A stretch of DNA of 28,196 bases from Fidelibacterota bacterium (lineage in GTDB: Bacteria; Fidelibacterota; Marinisomatia; Marinisomatales; TCS56), in assembly GCA_043822705.1 (NCBI GenBank), contig JBDRBK010000065.1, forward strand, positions 1 to 28,196, read 5' to 3'. Under the pieces are notes generated by a model, which was not told the DNA's origin, did no database searches, and saw nothing but the letters and a program-made list of their open reading frames with translations. This document shows positions 27,633 through 28,196 of the stretch, one piece after another (the first letter of the stretch is position 1; each line of letters opens with the position of its first letter). A program made the position numbers and the translations under genes.

Positions 27633-28196
27633 AATATTCCTGTCGCCCGGTAATCTTAATAATGCCTATGAGTGGCATCGTTCAATATGGTCGTTGTTTC
27701 CCAGTGAATCACCCGGAAGTCTGGCGCCCTTTCTTTTTCATATTGAGCGCATGAATTTAGCTACCGGAGCCAGCGTGCTAGTACAGTCCGTGAAAAGTCC
27801 GCAGGGCAGATCAGCTTATGCTTCCATACTGGCAACCAAGCAATTCAATCCATTCTTTCATAGGGGCCAGCAGGTCCGATTCTTACTTCAGGCTAATCCG
27901 GCCAAATGCATCACTGATTCATCCGATAAACCAAATAAAAGAAACCGAGGGAAGTGCCGCGTACCAATTATCAAGGAAGAAGAACAAAAGGATTGGTTTA
28001 AACGGAAATTGGCCGAGGTTGCACAAATTAAATCAATTGATTCCAGGATTAATCCACCGCTTTATTTCAGGAAAGGAAGCCGAGCCGGTAAAATTATACC
28101 AGTTACGTTCAGTGGCATGCTCGAAGTAATTGAAAGTGCAACGATGATATCACTGATTGAGAATGGTATCGGCCCCGCTAAAGCCTTCGGTTGCGG
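27619..28196 (+). CDS. cas6e: Type I-E crRNA processing endonuclease Cas6e/Cse3 (truncated by window edge; not in the ORF track)
   Basis: AGGAGG SD; manual translation MHLSRI...YEWHRSIWSLFP...FLF...LVQS...F-LQANP...RVP...W-RK...VTF-G-L...GIGPAKAFGCG (Cas6 G-loop). Confidence 0.94.
   Translation, partial: MHLSRIFLSPGNLNNAYEWHRSIWSLFPSESPGSLAPFLFHIERMNLATGASVLVQSVKSPQGRSAYASILATKQFNPFFHRGQQVRFLLQANPAKCITDSSDKPNKRNRGKCRVPIIKEEEQKDWFKRKLAEVAQIKSIDSRINPPLYFRKGSRAGKIIPVTFSGMLEVIESATMISLIENGIGPAKAFGC

Noticed and set aside
27818..28129. 103-aa plus-strand ORF in the ORF track
   Set aside because: Alternative frame inside cas6e, which starts at 27619 and runs off the window.
1..28196. tRNA, rRNA, integrase or transposase
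   Set aside because: None recognised; nothing in the window directly marks the boundary or mobility mechanism of the cas region.

Overview
Bacterial chromosomal window in three parts. (1) 1-9197: the end of the spc operon and the alpha ribosomal-protein operon (rplN' to rplQ, with secY, map, infA, rpmJ and rpoA; no adk). Gene order suggests an FCB-group organism, possibly Marinimicrobia-like; this is inference only. (2) 9218-19268: housekeeping and accessory genes: a GHL10/DigH-like hydrolase, hutU-hutI, DUF350, an EamA transporter, a rhodanese lipoprotein, DUF1684, a GNAT and several hypotheticals. (3) 20763-28196: a translationally coupled type I-E CRISPR-Cas operon (cas3, cas8e, cas11, cas7, cas5, partial cas6e) headed by a stand-alone DEDDh exonuclease. 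No CRISPR array, cas1 or cas2 lies in the window. The least explained stretch is 18400-20760. It holds four unrelated short-repeat families. The most striking is about 12 phased 22-bp tandem repeats directly upstream of an uncharacterised 198-aa gene (helical N-half, beta-rich C-half), in the intergenic region shared divergently with the cas operon.
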